Part shown: positions 29,629 through 39,428 of the stretch, piece by piece | Layout: each line of letters opens with the position of its first letter | Position numbering within the stretch: the stretch's first letter is position 1 | Assembly (NCBI GenBank): GCA_028822385.1 | Contig: JAPKDV010000001.1 | Span: 4,509 to 68,508, forward strand | Length of the DNA stretch: 64,000 bases | Origin: Alphaproteobacteria bacterium | Lineage (GTDB): Bacteria > Pseudomonadota > Alphaproteobacteria > UBA6615 | Reading direction: 5' to 3' | Made by a program: the position numbers and the translations under genes | Notes under the pieces: model-generated | What the model was told of the DNA's origin: nothing | The model's database searches: none | The model's input: only the letters and a program-made list of their open reading frames with translations

Positions 29629-29646
29629 GTGCCGTTCCTCGTTCTC

Positions 29647-30300
29647 TTACTTGTCGCTGGGATGCCGGGCGTTGTCCGGGCGTTTCAGGGCGACAATGTT
29701 TTCGGATTCGATCTTGGCGTAGTCGAGATAACCCAGCCGGGCGATTAGGTTCATCTTGTGGACATCAACAATGCCGTCGGTGATCACATCGTCATCGATG
29801 TGAATGCCGACCACCTCGCCGATCACCATATGGGACTGGGAGTTGCGACCGGGCGGCATGTCGATGGTCTGCAGATGCTTGCATTCCAGGGCCACCGGAG
29901 ACGCTTTGACCCGTGGCGGGCGGACATTGTTGCAGGACGCGGCTTCGAGGCCGGCCTTGGCCATTTCATCAACGCTGGAGGGCGCATGTTCGGCGGTCGC
30001 GATCATCTCGTGACGCAGATCCCAGGTGCACATGTTGAACACGAACTCACCCGTGTCCTGAACGTTCTGGTAGGAATCCTTCTTCTCGTCCGTGCCGGGT
30101 TTCACTGCATTCGGGCAGTACATCACGCAGGGCGGGTCACCGCTGAGCGCGTTGAAGAAGCTGAACGGGGCCAGATTGACCACGCCGTCCTTGCTCATTG
30201 TTGAGATCCAGCCGATCGGGCGGGGCACCACCAGCGCGTTGTAGACGGTGTGCTTGAAGGGAGGCGGCTTCATGCCGACTTCGAGGGGATTGAAAAACAT
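29647..30300 (-). CDS. flavin reductase-like FMN-binding family protein
   Basis: About 210 aa; flavin reductase domain pattern (VVNLAPFSFFNALSGDPP). Confidence 0.75.
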   Translation of the reverse strand: MFFNPLEVGMKPPPFKHTVYNALVVPRPIGWISTMSKDGVVNLAPFSFFNALSGDPPCVMYCPNAVKPGTDEKKDSYQNVQDTGEFVFNMCTWDLRHEMIATAEHAPSSVDEMAKAGLEAASCNNVRPPRVKASPVALECKHLQTIDMPPGRNSQSHMVIGEVVGIHIDDDVITDGIVDVHKMNLIARLGYLDYAKIESENIVALKRPDNARHPSDK

Positions 30301-30324
30301 CGGGAACGTCCTGTGCTTGAGTGT

Positions 30325-31200
30325 TCAGTCTTTTTCCATGGGCAGGCTGTCGTCCTTGCCCCATTCCTGCATGGAGGCATCGTAAAGCGCCACATCCTTG
30401 TAGCCGAGAGCCTTCTGGGCAAAAAATCCCAGGGTGGCCGAGATGCCGCCGCCGCAGTAATTCACGATCTTGCGGTCCGGGGTCGCGCCGGCGTCCGAGA
30501 ACATCGCCTGCAGTGTCTCAGCATCTGAGAAGATGCAGGTCGCCATGTCGCAAACCTCCGCATAGGGCACATTCACGCTATTGGTGATGCGCCCGGGACG
30601 CCCAAAGGTCATTCCACCTGCTCCGGTGAACTGCTCGGCCGACAACGCGTTGACCACGGCCACATCCGGGTTGTCGAGTACGGCGAGTACATCTTCCTTA
30701 CCGTAAATGACGTTCCGACGTGGGCGGGCGGTGAAGCTCGCAGGGGCCATTGGGGAAGGGTCGGTTGAGACCGAATGACCGGCATTGACCCAGCTGTTGT
30801 AGCCGCCATCGAGAACCATTGCGCGCTCAAAACCCATCGCGTAGAAGGACCACCAAGCCCGGGTGGACCAGAACGGTTGCGTGCGGCTGTAGAGCACCAG
30901 ACGGGTGTCATCACCGATCCCGAGCGCGCCTACGCGGGTGGCGAAATCTTCCGGTTCGGGAAGCGTGAAGCGAAATTCGTGAGGCGTGATCGAGAGATCG
31001 TTCTGGCAATTCAGATAGGCGGCGCCGGGAATGTGCCCGGCTTTCCAGCCTGCCTGATCGCCTTCCACCCGGTATTCGAGCTCCGGATCTGGCACCAGCA
31101 ATGTGGTGGTGTCGAAGACGCGCAAATTGGGATCATCGAGATGGGCGGCCAGCCAGGCCGCGTCGACCAAAAGTGCCGGGTCCAGTTTTGTATTTGTCAT
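30325..31200 (-). CDS. tandem-rhodanese sulfurtransferase (thiosulfate / 3-mercaptopyruvate sulfurtransferase-like)
   Basis: 291 aa; two rhodanese domains, catalytic loop Cys in IVNYCGGGISATLG. Confidence 0.8.
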   Translation of the reverse strand: MTNTKLDPALLVDAAWLAAHLDDPNLRVFDTTTLLVPDPELEYRVEGDQAGWKAGHIPGAAYLNCQNDLSITPHEFRFTLPEPEDFATRVGALGIGDDTRLVLYSRTQPFWSTRAWWSFYAMGFERAMVLDGGYNSWVNAGHSVSTDPSPMAPASFTARPRRNVIYGKEDVLAVLDNPDVAVVNALSAEQFTGAGGMTFGRPGRITNSVNVPYAEVCDMATCIFSDAETLQAMFSDAGATPDRKIVNYCGGGISATLGFFAQKALGYKDVALYDASMQEWGKDDSLPMEKD

Positions 31201-31326
31201 TTGGTTTCCTCCCCCAAGGTTACATCATACAGCCATCGCACATGGGTGCATGATGTAATACATTCAGGTGAGAAATGTGCGTGAGACATGACGCATATGC
31301 CAGATGATAAAATCGGGGAGAATGCT

Positions 31327-32079
31327 ATGGCCGGACGTTTAGCCAATAAGGTTTTTGCGATCACTGGTGCGGAATCCGGGCTTGGGCGGGCGATGGCTCT
31401 GCGCGCGGCCAGCGAAGGCGCGAAGATCACTGTGGCCGGGCTGGACGAACAGGGGCTTGAAGAAACCGTCGCCTCCATGTCCAACCTCGAAGGCACGGGG
31501 ATCGCGATCCCAACCGACGTAACTGATCAAGCAACAGTCAATGCCATGATTGACAGCACAGTTGCTGAATTTGGTCGCCTCGATGGCGCTATCGCCAACG
31601 CCGGCGCTTTCAACGAATGGACTGCCTTTCAGGACTGGGACATTGTTGAGTGGAATCGTGTCATCGCGGTCAATCTAACTGGTGTTTTTGTGACCTTGCA
31701 GTCTGCGGTTAAGGTTCTGCTTTCTCAGGGTGAGGGCGGCTCGCTACTCGCAACAGGTTCATCGACTGCAATCCGCCCGGGACCCAGCCTATTGCCTTAT
31801 GTTTCGAGCAAGGGAGGCGTCCACCAGATGATGCGTGCGCTGGCAGTTGAGCTGGCCCCTCACAAAATCCGAGTGAATACGATTGTGCCGGGCATGGCGC
31901 GGACACCACCAGTCGAAAGTCAGGCCGGTTATATTGATGCAGGCCTGCAGGCCGTACCTATGGGTGAGATCGTCGAGCCTGAAGAGGTTGCTGCTCTAGT
32001 CGCTTTTGCTCTCTCGGACGAGGCCCCTCACATGACCGGATCACTCCTCAAGATCGATGCAGGTCGGACTTCGGCCTAA
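31327..32079 (+). CDS. SDR-family oxidoreductase
   Basis: TGAESGLGRA Rossmann motif and catalytic YxxxK region. Confidence 0.8.
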   Translation: MAGRLANKVFAITGAESGLGRAMALRAASEGAKITVAGLDEQGLEETVASMSNLEGTGIAIPTDVTDQATVNAMIDSTVAEFGRLDGAIANAGAFNEWTAFQDWDIVEWNRVIAVNLTGVFVTLQSAVKVLLSQGEGGSLLATGSSTAIRPGPSLLPYVSSKGGVHQMMRALAVELAPHKIRVNTIVPGMARTPPVESQAGYIDAGLQAVPMGEIVEPEEVAALVAFALSDEAPHMTGSLLKIDAGRTSA

Positions 32080-32115
32080 TCGACATCCAACGTTTTTCAA
32101 CCGAAAGGGAAGTTC

Positions 32116-33093
32116 ATGGACGTCAAAGGCATCCAGATTACGAAAACGGGTGGCCCATCGGTCATGAAGTGGAAGACCATAACAGTCGGAAAGCCGAAAA
32201 AAGGTCAGGTAACAGTACGTCACACGGCGATTGGCTTCAATTTTATCGATATTAATCACCGTACCGGGCGCTACCCGTTGGAAATGCCGACAGGTATCGG
32301 TTCCGAGGCAGCAGGCATCATCGAAACGATAGGCGCCGGCGTAAAGGGTCTCAAAGTCGGCCAGCGCGTGGTCTATGTGGGGGCAGTTGGCACTTATGCC
32401 GAAGCTCAGAACGTATCCTCTGATATCTGCGTACCTATCCCCCGGGATATCAGCGATGAACTCGCCGCTGCCACCCATCTGAAAGGCATGACCGTTGAAA
32501 TGCTCGTCGAACGGGTCGGTAAGGTCAAAAAGGGCGACGTTGTGATGATGCACTCAGCATCGGGCGGTGTTGGTCTCTTGCTGTGCCAGTGGGCCAAGTC
32601 CCGCGGTGCAACAGTGATCGGAACAGCCTCATCGGCGGCCAAGTGCAAGGAAATCCTGAAAGCTGGCGCCAAATACGCTCTCGACACCTCAAATAAGGAC
32701 GTGGTGAAGGAAGTTGCCAAGATCACCAAAGGCGAAGGGGTTGATGTTATCTTCGACCCGGTCGGCAAGGATACTTATGAAGTGTCACTTGGTTGCTTGA
32801 AGGATCGTGGTCTGCTCGCCAGCTTCGGTGGTGCTTCAGGCCCGGTGCCGCTGGTGGATCTGAATGAGTTTCGCTATATGGCGCGCGCCTGGAACCTTAC
32901 GCGGGCTTCGCTGTTCAACTGGACGACTAACCGAGCAGACTTGCTGCACAGTTCTAGGCGGGTGTTCGCGATGATTCGCTCGGGGAAGGTGAAGGTGAAA
33001 ATCAACCAGCGCTACGCTCTGAAAGACGCACCGAAGCTGCACAAGGACATCGAATCCCGCAAGCTAATCGGTATCAGCATGCTGGTTCCCTAG
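32116..33093 (+). CDS. NADPH:quinone oxidoreductase / zinc-independent MDR-family protein
   Basis: 325 aa; Qor-like medium-chain dehydrogenase (VLMHSASGGVGLLLCQWAK). Confidence 0.8.
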   Translation: MDVKGIQITKTGGPSVMKWKTITVGKPKKGQVTVRHTAIGFNFIDINHRTGRYPLEMPTGIGSEAAGIIETIGAGVKGLKVGQRVVYVGAVGTYAEAQNVSSDICVPIPRDISDELAAATHLKGMTVEMLVERVGKVKKGDVVMMHSASGGVGLLLCQWAKSRGATVIGTASSAAKCKEILKAGAKYALDTSNKDVVKEVAKITKGEGVDVIFDPVGKDTYEVSLGCLKDRGLLASFGGASGPVPLVDLNEFRYMARAWNLTRASLFNWTTNRADLLHSSRRVFAMIRSGKVKVKINQRYALKDAPKLHKDIESRKLIGISMLVP

Positions 33094-33140
33094 GCCGGGT
33101 CACATATCTCAATAAAGAACGACGGATGGAGCAGTAAACA

Positions 33141-34697
33141 ATGCGTGTTATCGACTTTTTCGACCGCGGGGCACTGCTCCACCCCGAACGTGCCTTCATG
33201 ATTGCTGAAGATGGAGCTGTCACGACACATTCTGAGGCGCGTGAGCGCTCTCACAAGACGGCATTGGCTATGATTGATGCCGGGTTTGGCTTCGGCAAAC
33301 ATGCTGCGGTCTACAGTCCGAATCATCCCGGTGCGTTCGATGCCCTGTTGGGACTATACCGGGCAGGTGGTGTCTGGGTCCCCATCAATGCCCGCAACGC
33401 GATTGCGGAGAATTCCTATATCCTCGACAATAATGACGTTGAATTACTATTTTATAACAGTGAGTTCGAGGCAAATATAAACGTGATAAGGGAAAAATGT
33501 TCGAGTATTAAAACCTATGTTTGTCTGGATCGGCCCGGCACAGATGCTCCGTCTTATGCGGACTTTATCGATGGTTATGAGGGGCACGCGCCAGACTTTC
33601 CGGGTAACCCTGAAGATATCTGCGGCATCTTCCCGTCCGGTGGTACGACCGGCCGCCCGAAGGGTATTTTGTGGACCAACCAGACCTTTGAAACGATGGT
33701 CGCGGCTATGGCCGCTCATATGCCGCCAAAGAATCTTCCGGTGCATCTTTGCGCAGCACCGATGACCCACGCGGCTGGCGTCACCGCCATGTCGTTGATG
33801 AGCTTTGGTGCAACCAATGTGATCATGAACGGAGTACAATTGCCCCTGTTGATGGAAAACATTGAGAAATACCAGGTCACGAACCTTTTTCTGCCGCCGA
33901 CTGCGATCTATGTGATGCTCGCGCATCCTGAGGTCCGCAACTACGATTATTCTTCGCTGGATTATTTTCTTTATGCTGCAGCGCCCATGTCGGTCGACAA
34001 GCTGAAGGAGGCGATTGATGTGTTCGGACCAATCATGGCCCAGAGCTATGGTCAGGCCGAAGCGCCGATGATCTGTACTTATATGTCACCAGAGGAGCAT
34101 ATCGAGGCGCTCGACACTAACAAGGCACATCGACTGGCCAGCTGCGGGCAGCCTTGTCTGCTCACACCTGTCGACATCATGGATGATGATGAAAACCTGC
34201 TATCGACGGACGAACGCGGCGAGATCGTGGTGCGCGGCTCGCTGGTTATGGCGGGTTACTACAAGAATAAAGATGCGACCGATGAGGTCACGACTTCGAA
34301 TGGCTGGCACCGCACCGGCGATATTGGTGTGAAGGATGAAGACGGGTACGTCTATATCGTCGACCGGAAGAAGGACATGATCATTTCCGGTGGTTTTAAT
34401 GTCTACCCATCGGAAATTGAGCAGGTGGTCTGGGGACATGATGCCGTGCAGGACTGTGCTGTGATTGGTGTACCCAATGAAAAATGGGGTGAGGCGATCA
34501 AGGCGATTGTCGAACTGAAGCCGGGGCAGAGCGCGAGTGAGGATGAGATCATCGCGCTGTGCAAGAATGAGCTTGGCAGCGTGAAAGCACCTAAAACCGT
34601 TGAATTCTGGGACGAACTGCCCCGCTCGCCAGTCGGAAAGGTGCGCAAGAAAGACATGCGCGAAAAGTTCTGGGAAGGTCAGGATCGTCGGGTATGA
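33141..34697 (+). CDS. AMP-dependent acyl-CoA synthetase/ligase
   Basis: 518 aa; AMP-binding motifs (SGGTTGRPKG; YGQAEAP; GWHRTGDIG; PVGKVRKKD). Confidence 0.85.
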   Translation: MRVIDFFDRGALLHPERAFMIAEDGAVTTHSEARERSHKTALAMIDAGFGFGKHAAVYSPNHPGAFDALLGLYRAGGVWVPINARNAIAENSYILDNNDVELLFYNSEFEANINVIREKCSSIKTYVCLDRPGTDAPSYADFIDGYEGHAPDFPGNPEDICGIFPSGGTTGRPKGILWTNQTFETMVAAMAAHMPPKNLPVHLCAAPMTHAAGVTAMSLMSFGATNVIMNGVQLPLLMENIEKYQVTNLFLPPTAIYVMLAHPEVRNYDYSSLDYFLYAAAPMSVDKLKEAIDVFGPIMAQSYGQAEAPMICTYMSPEEHIEALDTNKAHRLASCGQPCLLTPVDIMDDDENLLSTDERGEIVVRGSLVMAGYYKNKDATDEVTTSNGWHRTGDIGVKDEDGYVYIVDRKKDMIISGGFNVYPSEIEQVVWGHDAVQDCAVIGVPNEKWGEAIKAIVELKPGQSASEDEIIALCKNELGSVKAPKTVEFWDELPRSPVGKVRKKDMREKFWEGQDRRV

Positions 34698-34710
34698 CTG
34701 ACGTCACACC

Positions 34711-35592
34711 ATGATTAGAAAAATAGGGGTTCTCGGGCTTGGGCAGATGGGTGGAACTGTTGCCCGGATGTTGCTGGCACAGGGTCATAAGCTCTGCGCT
34801 GTCGACCGGCCCAGCGCCCAGTGGCTCCGTGAAGCCGGAGGTTTACTGGTCGCTGATGCGAAGACGCTGGGTGACGTTGCAGATATCGTGATCCTCCTTC
34901 TTTCGCGCGAAGAAGATGTCGAGGTGGCTGTTTTTGGTCCGGGTGGCCTTGCAGGAGGCGGGCGCGAGGGCTTTATTGTCGCTGATATGGGTACTTTTGG
35001 CGTGGCCCTAAAAGAACGCATTCGCGATGCTCTGGCTCCATCGGGAACGGTCGTGTTGGACACGCCGATCAGCGGTACCCCTGATGCGATTAAAACCGGC
35101 CGTGCGGTGATTATGTTGAGCGGTGATCAAACCGCTTGTAAAGCGATCCGGCCTGTATTCGAAATTCTCGCGCCGAAGTGCCCTTATGTCGGCCCGTTTG
35201 GCCACGGGATGAAGCTTAAATTCGTTCTCAATGCTATGGTGACAAACCATGTTCTGGTCGCGGCCGAGGCCCTCAATATGGGAATAGCCTCGGGCCTCGA
35301 CGCTCAGCAGATCATCGATGCTGTGACGTCGAGCGTGGCTACATCAACTCAGTTCGAATTGCGTGCGCCTGTTATGGCCGAACGGAAGTGGCAACCGGCA
35401 CCAGCCCCGGCGCGACTGGTCGAAAAGGACACGCGTTATATCGTGGAACACGCGGAGGCATTGGGTGTTGCGGCACCAATATCGCGTCTGACCCGGGACT
35501 ATTACGCAAAAGTCGCTGAAATGGGACGGCTTGAGGACGAGCTTTCGGTCATCTATGAGGCACTGGAAGCCGATAACGAATCGGATCTCTAA
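34711..35592 (+). CDS. NAD(P)-dependent 3-hydroxyisobutyrate dehydrogenase-family oxidoreductase
   Basis: 293 aa; N-terminal GLGQMGGTVARML Rossmann fold and HIBADH-type C-domain. Confidence 0.75.
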   Translation: MIRKIGVLGLGQMGGTVARMLLAQGHKLCAVDRPSAQWLREAGGLLVADAKTLGDVADIVILLLSREEDVEVAVFGPGGLAGGGREGFIVADMGTFGVALKERIRDALAPSGTVVLDTPISGTPDAIKTGRAVIMLSGDQTACKAIRPVFEILAPKCPYVGPFGHGMKLKFVLNAMVTNHVLVAAEALNMGIASGLDAQQIIDAVTSSVATSTQFELRAPVMAERKWQPAPAPARLVEKDTRYIVEHAEALGVAAPISRLTRDYYAKVAEMGRLEDELSVIYEALEADNESDL

Positions 35593-35608
35593 GTTTTTTA
35601 ATTTCGTT

Positions 35609-36751
35609 CTAGGAGGTTTCAGCCTGAATAAGCTTCATCGCGCGCAGGAATGAGAAGACGCTAACGAGCATCAGCACACCGATCCCGGCATAGGCGACTT
35701 CGTAGGAAACGGTTGCCACGATACCGCCAAATACAGCAGGCCCAATCACCACAGCTGCGAAGATCACAAAGCCGATCGCACCAGTCGTGCGGCTGACTTC
35801 ACCACCGGGCGCGCGTCGGGCGGCCTCGGCCAGATAAACTCCGTTCCAGCCCGCTGCACCCGCACCGAACAGGACGCCAACGCCATAGATCGCTGCGAGA
35901 GGCCAGGATGAAGTCAGAGAGGATGTGAGGAAAGCTGCCACAGACGCGAGAAGTGCGAGCATCAGAAGCGTGAACAATGGCGTTGCCCAGCGCGAGGCGA
36001 TGGCACCGAAGATAATGCGGCCAGTTCCACCACTGGCCTGCGCGACCGCGAGGACAGCGCCCGCTGTGATCACAGACAGGCCAATGTCTTCCTGCAGGTA
36101 AAGCACAATGAAGGTTGTGAGCGCATATTGGGCGATAACCAGAGGCACACATCCACCAAGCATCCACCGAATGACCGGACTGCGGAGAAGCAGACGCAGT
36201 GGACCAATTAACTCAAAACGTATCTGGACCGAGGGATCGGCAAACCGAGCGTAGTTGCGTGACCATATCTCGGTAATAATCGCGACGGCCAAGCAACCGG
36301 CGGAGACAACTAGGATAGCCACCTGCCAGTTCCATATCAGGGTCAACGGCGGCCCGACAAATCCGGCGAGGACACCGCCGAGTGGCACCCCGGTCTGTTT
36401 TATCGAGAATACAAAGGGCTGAAGATGCCGGGGCGTGACGCGCGATAGGATGTGTGAACTGGCCGGGGTTGCCGGCCCGAGGCCAACCCCAATCAGGGCG
36501 CTACCAAGCACCACGAGCCAGAGATTACTGGTCGCGATACAGGCACTGCCAACCGCGCAGAGCAGAACCAGAATTTGTGATGCGCGCATTGGATTGAATC
36601 GCGAAACCAATCCCGCTGACATCATCGAGCTGAACGTGGCCGCGGTGAACAGAATGACCGGAAGCATGCCAATCCATGCGGGGTCCAGACCCATATCCGG
36701 AAGTGCCTGCTTCGCGAGCACAGGCGGAGCGAAAACGGCCCATGATACCAT
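35609..36751 (-). CDS. MFS transporter
   Basis: 12-TM MFS pattern; the ORF track start at 36925 overlaps the next gene by 100 bp, so a later start (~36751, uncertain) is preferred. Confidence 0.65.
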   Translation of the reverse strand: MVSWAVFAPPVLAKQALPDMGLDPAWIGMLPVILFTAATFSSMMSAGLVSRFNPMRASQILVLLCAVGSACIATSNLWLVVLGSALIGVGLGPATPASSHILSRVTPRHLQPFVFSIKQTGVPLGGVLAGFVGPPLTLIWNWQVAILVVSAGCLAVAIITEIWSRNYARFADPSVQIRFELIGPLRLLLRSPVIRWMLGGCVPLVIAQYALTTFIVLYLQEDIGLSVITAGAVLAVAQASGGTGRIIFGAIASRWATPLFTLLMLALLASVAAFLTSSLTSSWPLAAIYGVGVLFGAGAAGWNGVYLAEAARRAPGGEVSRTTGAIGFVIFAAVVIGPAVFGGIVATVSYEVAYAGIGVLMLVSVFSFLRAMKLIQAETS

Positions 36752-36824
36752 CACCTGAATCAAGGTAAGCAGGATCGTGGGGCCGATATACCCGCCACCT
36801 GTACTTGGAGGTTTTTGTGACAGC

Positions 36825-37691
36825 CTAGTAGTCCGGCATTGAGTAGAGAAGTACGCCCGCCTCGGTACCAATGCGTTCGGCTTCCTCGGAGGCCGGTTTT
36901 GTCGGATCCCAAGGCTTGGCGTCATAGCGCATGCCGCTGATCTTGTCGGTCACATTCGACATCAACCAGACAATCGGTGCTTTCATCAAATCCGCACCGA
37001 TGAGAACCGGAATTTCGAGTGTTTCGTCCCGGGCTTTCATTTCTTCGGACATACCCGGTGTGGCAGCACCAGCACCCGGATTGAGGATGTTGACGGTTAC
37101 TCCTGTACCACCTAGGTCCTTGTTCCAGGTCTCTGTCGCGCATTCGAGCGCAGCCTTGGATGGTCCGTAGGGGGAGGAACCCTGCTTGGTCATGGTCCTA
37201 TACATTGTAGTGACGTTCACAATGCGCCCCCAACCCTGATCAATCATCAGCGGTGCAACCCGGCGCGCCAGCTTGTCGGCACCGACAAAGTTCGCATTGA
37301 TCACGTTCTGAATGACTTCGTCGCTGGCTTCCCAAAACTTCGGCATTTCCCCGGTCGCGCGCCAGGCCTCAGTCTTGTGGCCGTTAGGCCATATGTAGGT
37401 GAAGGTCAGTCCGGCATTGTTGACGAGACCGTGGATTGAGCCGAAGGTCTCAAGTGCCTCGGAGATAATGCGGTCGCAATCTTCAGACTTAGTAATATCG
37501 GCTGTCACACAGTGAACACTGCCCGTGTTGTTGCCACACGCGGCTTCGAGTTCCGAAAAATCATTAGCGATATGCGCCGCTGCTAAGACGTTAGCGCCAG
37601 CTTCCGTGAGGGCTTCGGTCATGGCTCGACCAAGGCCTCGTCCAGCACCGGTCATAATGATATTGCGGCCATTCAAATCGTATTCAGGCAT
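36825..37691 (-). CDS. SDR-family oxidoreductase
   Basis: 288 aa; TGAGRGLGRA Rossmann motif. Confidence 0.8.
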   Translation of the reverse strand: MPEYDLNGRNIIMTGAGRGLGRAMTEALTEAGANVLAAAHIANDFSELEAACGNNTGSVHCVTADITKSEDCDRIISEALETFGSIHGLVNNAGLTFTYIWPNGHKTEAWRATGEMPKFWEASDEVIQNVINANFVGADKLARRVAPLMIDQGWGRIVNVTTMYRTMTKQGSSPYGPSKAALECATETWNKDLGGTGVTVNILNPGAGAATPGMSEEMKARDETLEIPVLIGADLMKAPIVWLMSNVTDKISGMRYDAKPWDPTKPASEEAERIGTEAGVLLYSMPDY

Positions 37692-38051
37692 TTGCCCCTA
37701 CCTCTGCAGTGTTATCAGTATAAATTAGGTTGCTAGACTTAAGATTTGACCGCGGCCCAAGCAACATTTGGAGCTCTAATATACACTTATAATATACGCT
37801 AAATTAGAACGGAGCTTGTTTTGTTTAAACTTTACGCTTGTTTTGATTAAATTTTACCTATCTAATTTCGATAGAGAATAAGGTGTAACGGGCCGAGGGT
37901 AATAACCTTCAAAAAAATCCCGATTATATCTGTGAATAATAAATTGAGACACCGAGTTGTGTGCTTATTTATTTGTTAGCTTTTAAAAAAAGGTTTTATC
38001 TGCACACGCTCTTTCCAAGGAAATCCAGAACAAATTCCGGGAGGAAGTTTT
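37692..38051. promoter_or_regulatory. AT-rich (~30% GC) leader/promoter region of the low-GC ABC transporter island
   Basis: Sharp GC drop from the flanking genes; imperfect direct repeats CTTGTTTTGTTTAAA / CTTGTTTTGATTAAA at 37816-37851; GGGAGG RBS before the ATG at 38052. Confidence 0.5.
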
Positions 38052-39338
38052 ATGAAGTCAATTTTGACGAATCGTGTGCGGGTAAAGCTGCTAGGCGGCG
38101 TTATGGCTGCTGCGCTGTTACTTTCAGCACCAATCTCTACTAACGTACAAGCCGCGGACAAGAAGCCTATTAAAATCGGGTTTAGTATGGCGTTGACTGG
38201 TGCCTTGGCGGGCGGCGGTAAGCAGGCGCTTGAGGGCATGGAACTTTGGAGAGCGGATGCTAACGCCAAAGGTGGACTTCTTGGGCGAAAGGTAGAGTTT
38301 GTTTATTATGATGACCAAACTAACGCTAAGAATGTTCCGGGAATTTATTCCAAGCTTCTTGATGTGGACAAAGTGGATCTCGTGGTCAGCGGGTATGGAA
38401 CAAATTTAATTGGCCCAGCCATGCCTATTGTTATAGACCGTGATATTTTGTTCATGGGTCTCTTCGGTATGGATAACAATAAAAAGTGGAAGTACGATAA
38501 ATACTTCCAGATTTTGCCGGCTGGTCCAAAACCCGCAGAAGGTTTCTCACACAATTGGTTTGAGGCTCTTAAGGAATTAGGCGGCATCAAGACGATTGCA
38601 TTGTTAGCAGCTGATGCCGAGTTCGCTCGAAACCTCAAAGAGGGTGCTTTAGCTAACGCTAAAAAAGCTGGATTAGAGATTGTTTATAATAAGAACTATC
38701 CTCCTAAAACACCTGACTTTACTCCGATAGTCAGAGCAGTTAATGCAAAAAAACCTGATGCTTTTTATATAGCCTCCTATCCTAATGGTTCGGCGGGTCT
38801 TGTCCGGGCATTGGCTGAAGTTGGAACTAAAGCTAAGGCCGTTGGAGGGGGCATGGTTGGCCTGCAATTTGCTGGTTTGATGAAGGGCCTAGGGCCAAAT
38901 CTAAACGGTATTCTAAACTATGATTTCTATGTTCCTGAGCCGACGATGGAGCTCTATCCTGGCGCTAAAGATTTGATCGCTCGTTATCAGGCGAAGGTCA
39001 AGGCGGAGAATCTTAAAACAGATGAATTAGGTTATTACTTAGTTCCTTGGGCTTACGCATACCTTGACGTTCTTGGGCAAACTGTGAATGCAGTAGGAAG
39101 CGTTGATGACCATGAAGCGCTTGCCGCTTATATGCATAAAACTGAGTTTACCTCTGTCGTAGGTAAGGTAAAATTTGGAGAATTTGGTGAATGGACCGAA
39201 AGCCGGACGATTGTAGTTCAGTATCAGAATATTAAAAATAACGATATTGATCAATTTTCGCGGGCTGGGACTCGTAAAATCATGTTCCCCACTGATATTA
39301 AAACGGGTGACGTGAAGCCATATAACGACCTTCGTTAG
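38052..39338 (+). CDS. branched-chain amino acid (LIV-type) ABC transporter substrate-binding protein
   Basis: 428 aa; signal peptide (AALLLSAPISTNVQA) then a type-I periplasmic binding fold (IKIGFSMALTGALAGGG). Confidence 0.85.
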   Translation: MKSILTNRVRVKLLGGVMAAALLLSAPISTNVQAADKKPIKIGFSMALTGALAGGGKQALEGMELWRADANAKGGLLGRKVEFVYYDDQTNAKNVPGIYSKLLDVDKVDLVVSGYGTNLIGPAMPIVIDRDILFMGLFGMDNNKKWKYDKYFQILPAGPKPAEGFSHNWFEALKELGGIKTIALLAADAEFARNLKEGALANAKKAGLEIVYNKNYPPKTPDFTPIVRAVNAKKPDAFYIASYPNGSAGLVRALAEVGTKAKAVGGGMVGLQFAGLMKGLGPNLNGILNYDFYVPEPTMELYPGAKDLIARYQAKVKAENLKTDELGYYLVPWAYAYLDVLGQTVNAVGSVDDHEALAAYMHKTEFTSVVGKVKFGEFGEWTESRTIVVQYQNIKNNDIDQFSRAGTRKIMFPTDIKTGDVKPYNDLR

Positions 39339-39353
39339 GGGTACCTTGGTAAT

Positions 39354-39398
39354 AAAGCGGGTAGCTATTTCATAGCTACCCGCTTTATCTTTGTTTCT
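39354..39398 (+). terminator. Rho-independent terminator (intra-operon attenuator) after the SBP gene
   Basis: Perfect 14-15 bp stem AAAGCGGGTAGCTAT-ttc-ATAGCTACCCGCTTT followed by the T-rich stretch ATCTTTGTTTCT. Confidence 0.8.
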
Positions 39399-39428
39399 AT
39401 AATTCAAAAATATTTTGAGACATTACTA

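Noticed and set aside
28941-29783. Antisense/overlapping ORFs (28738-29748 +, 29048-29371 +, 29574-29783 +) across the amidohydrolase/flavin-reductase region
   Set aside because: They oppose the minus-strand genes, which have clear family signatures; these are off-frame artifacts.
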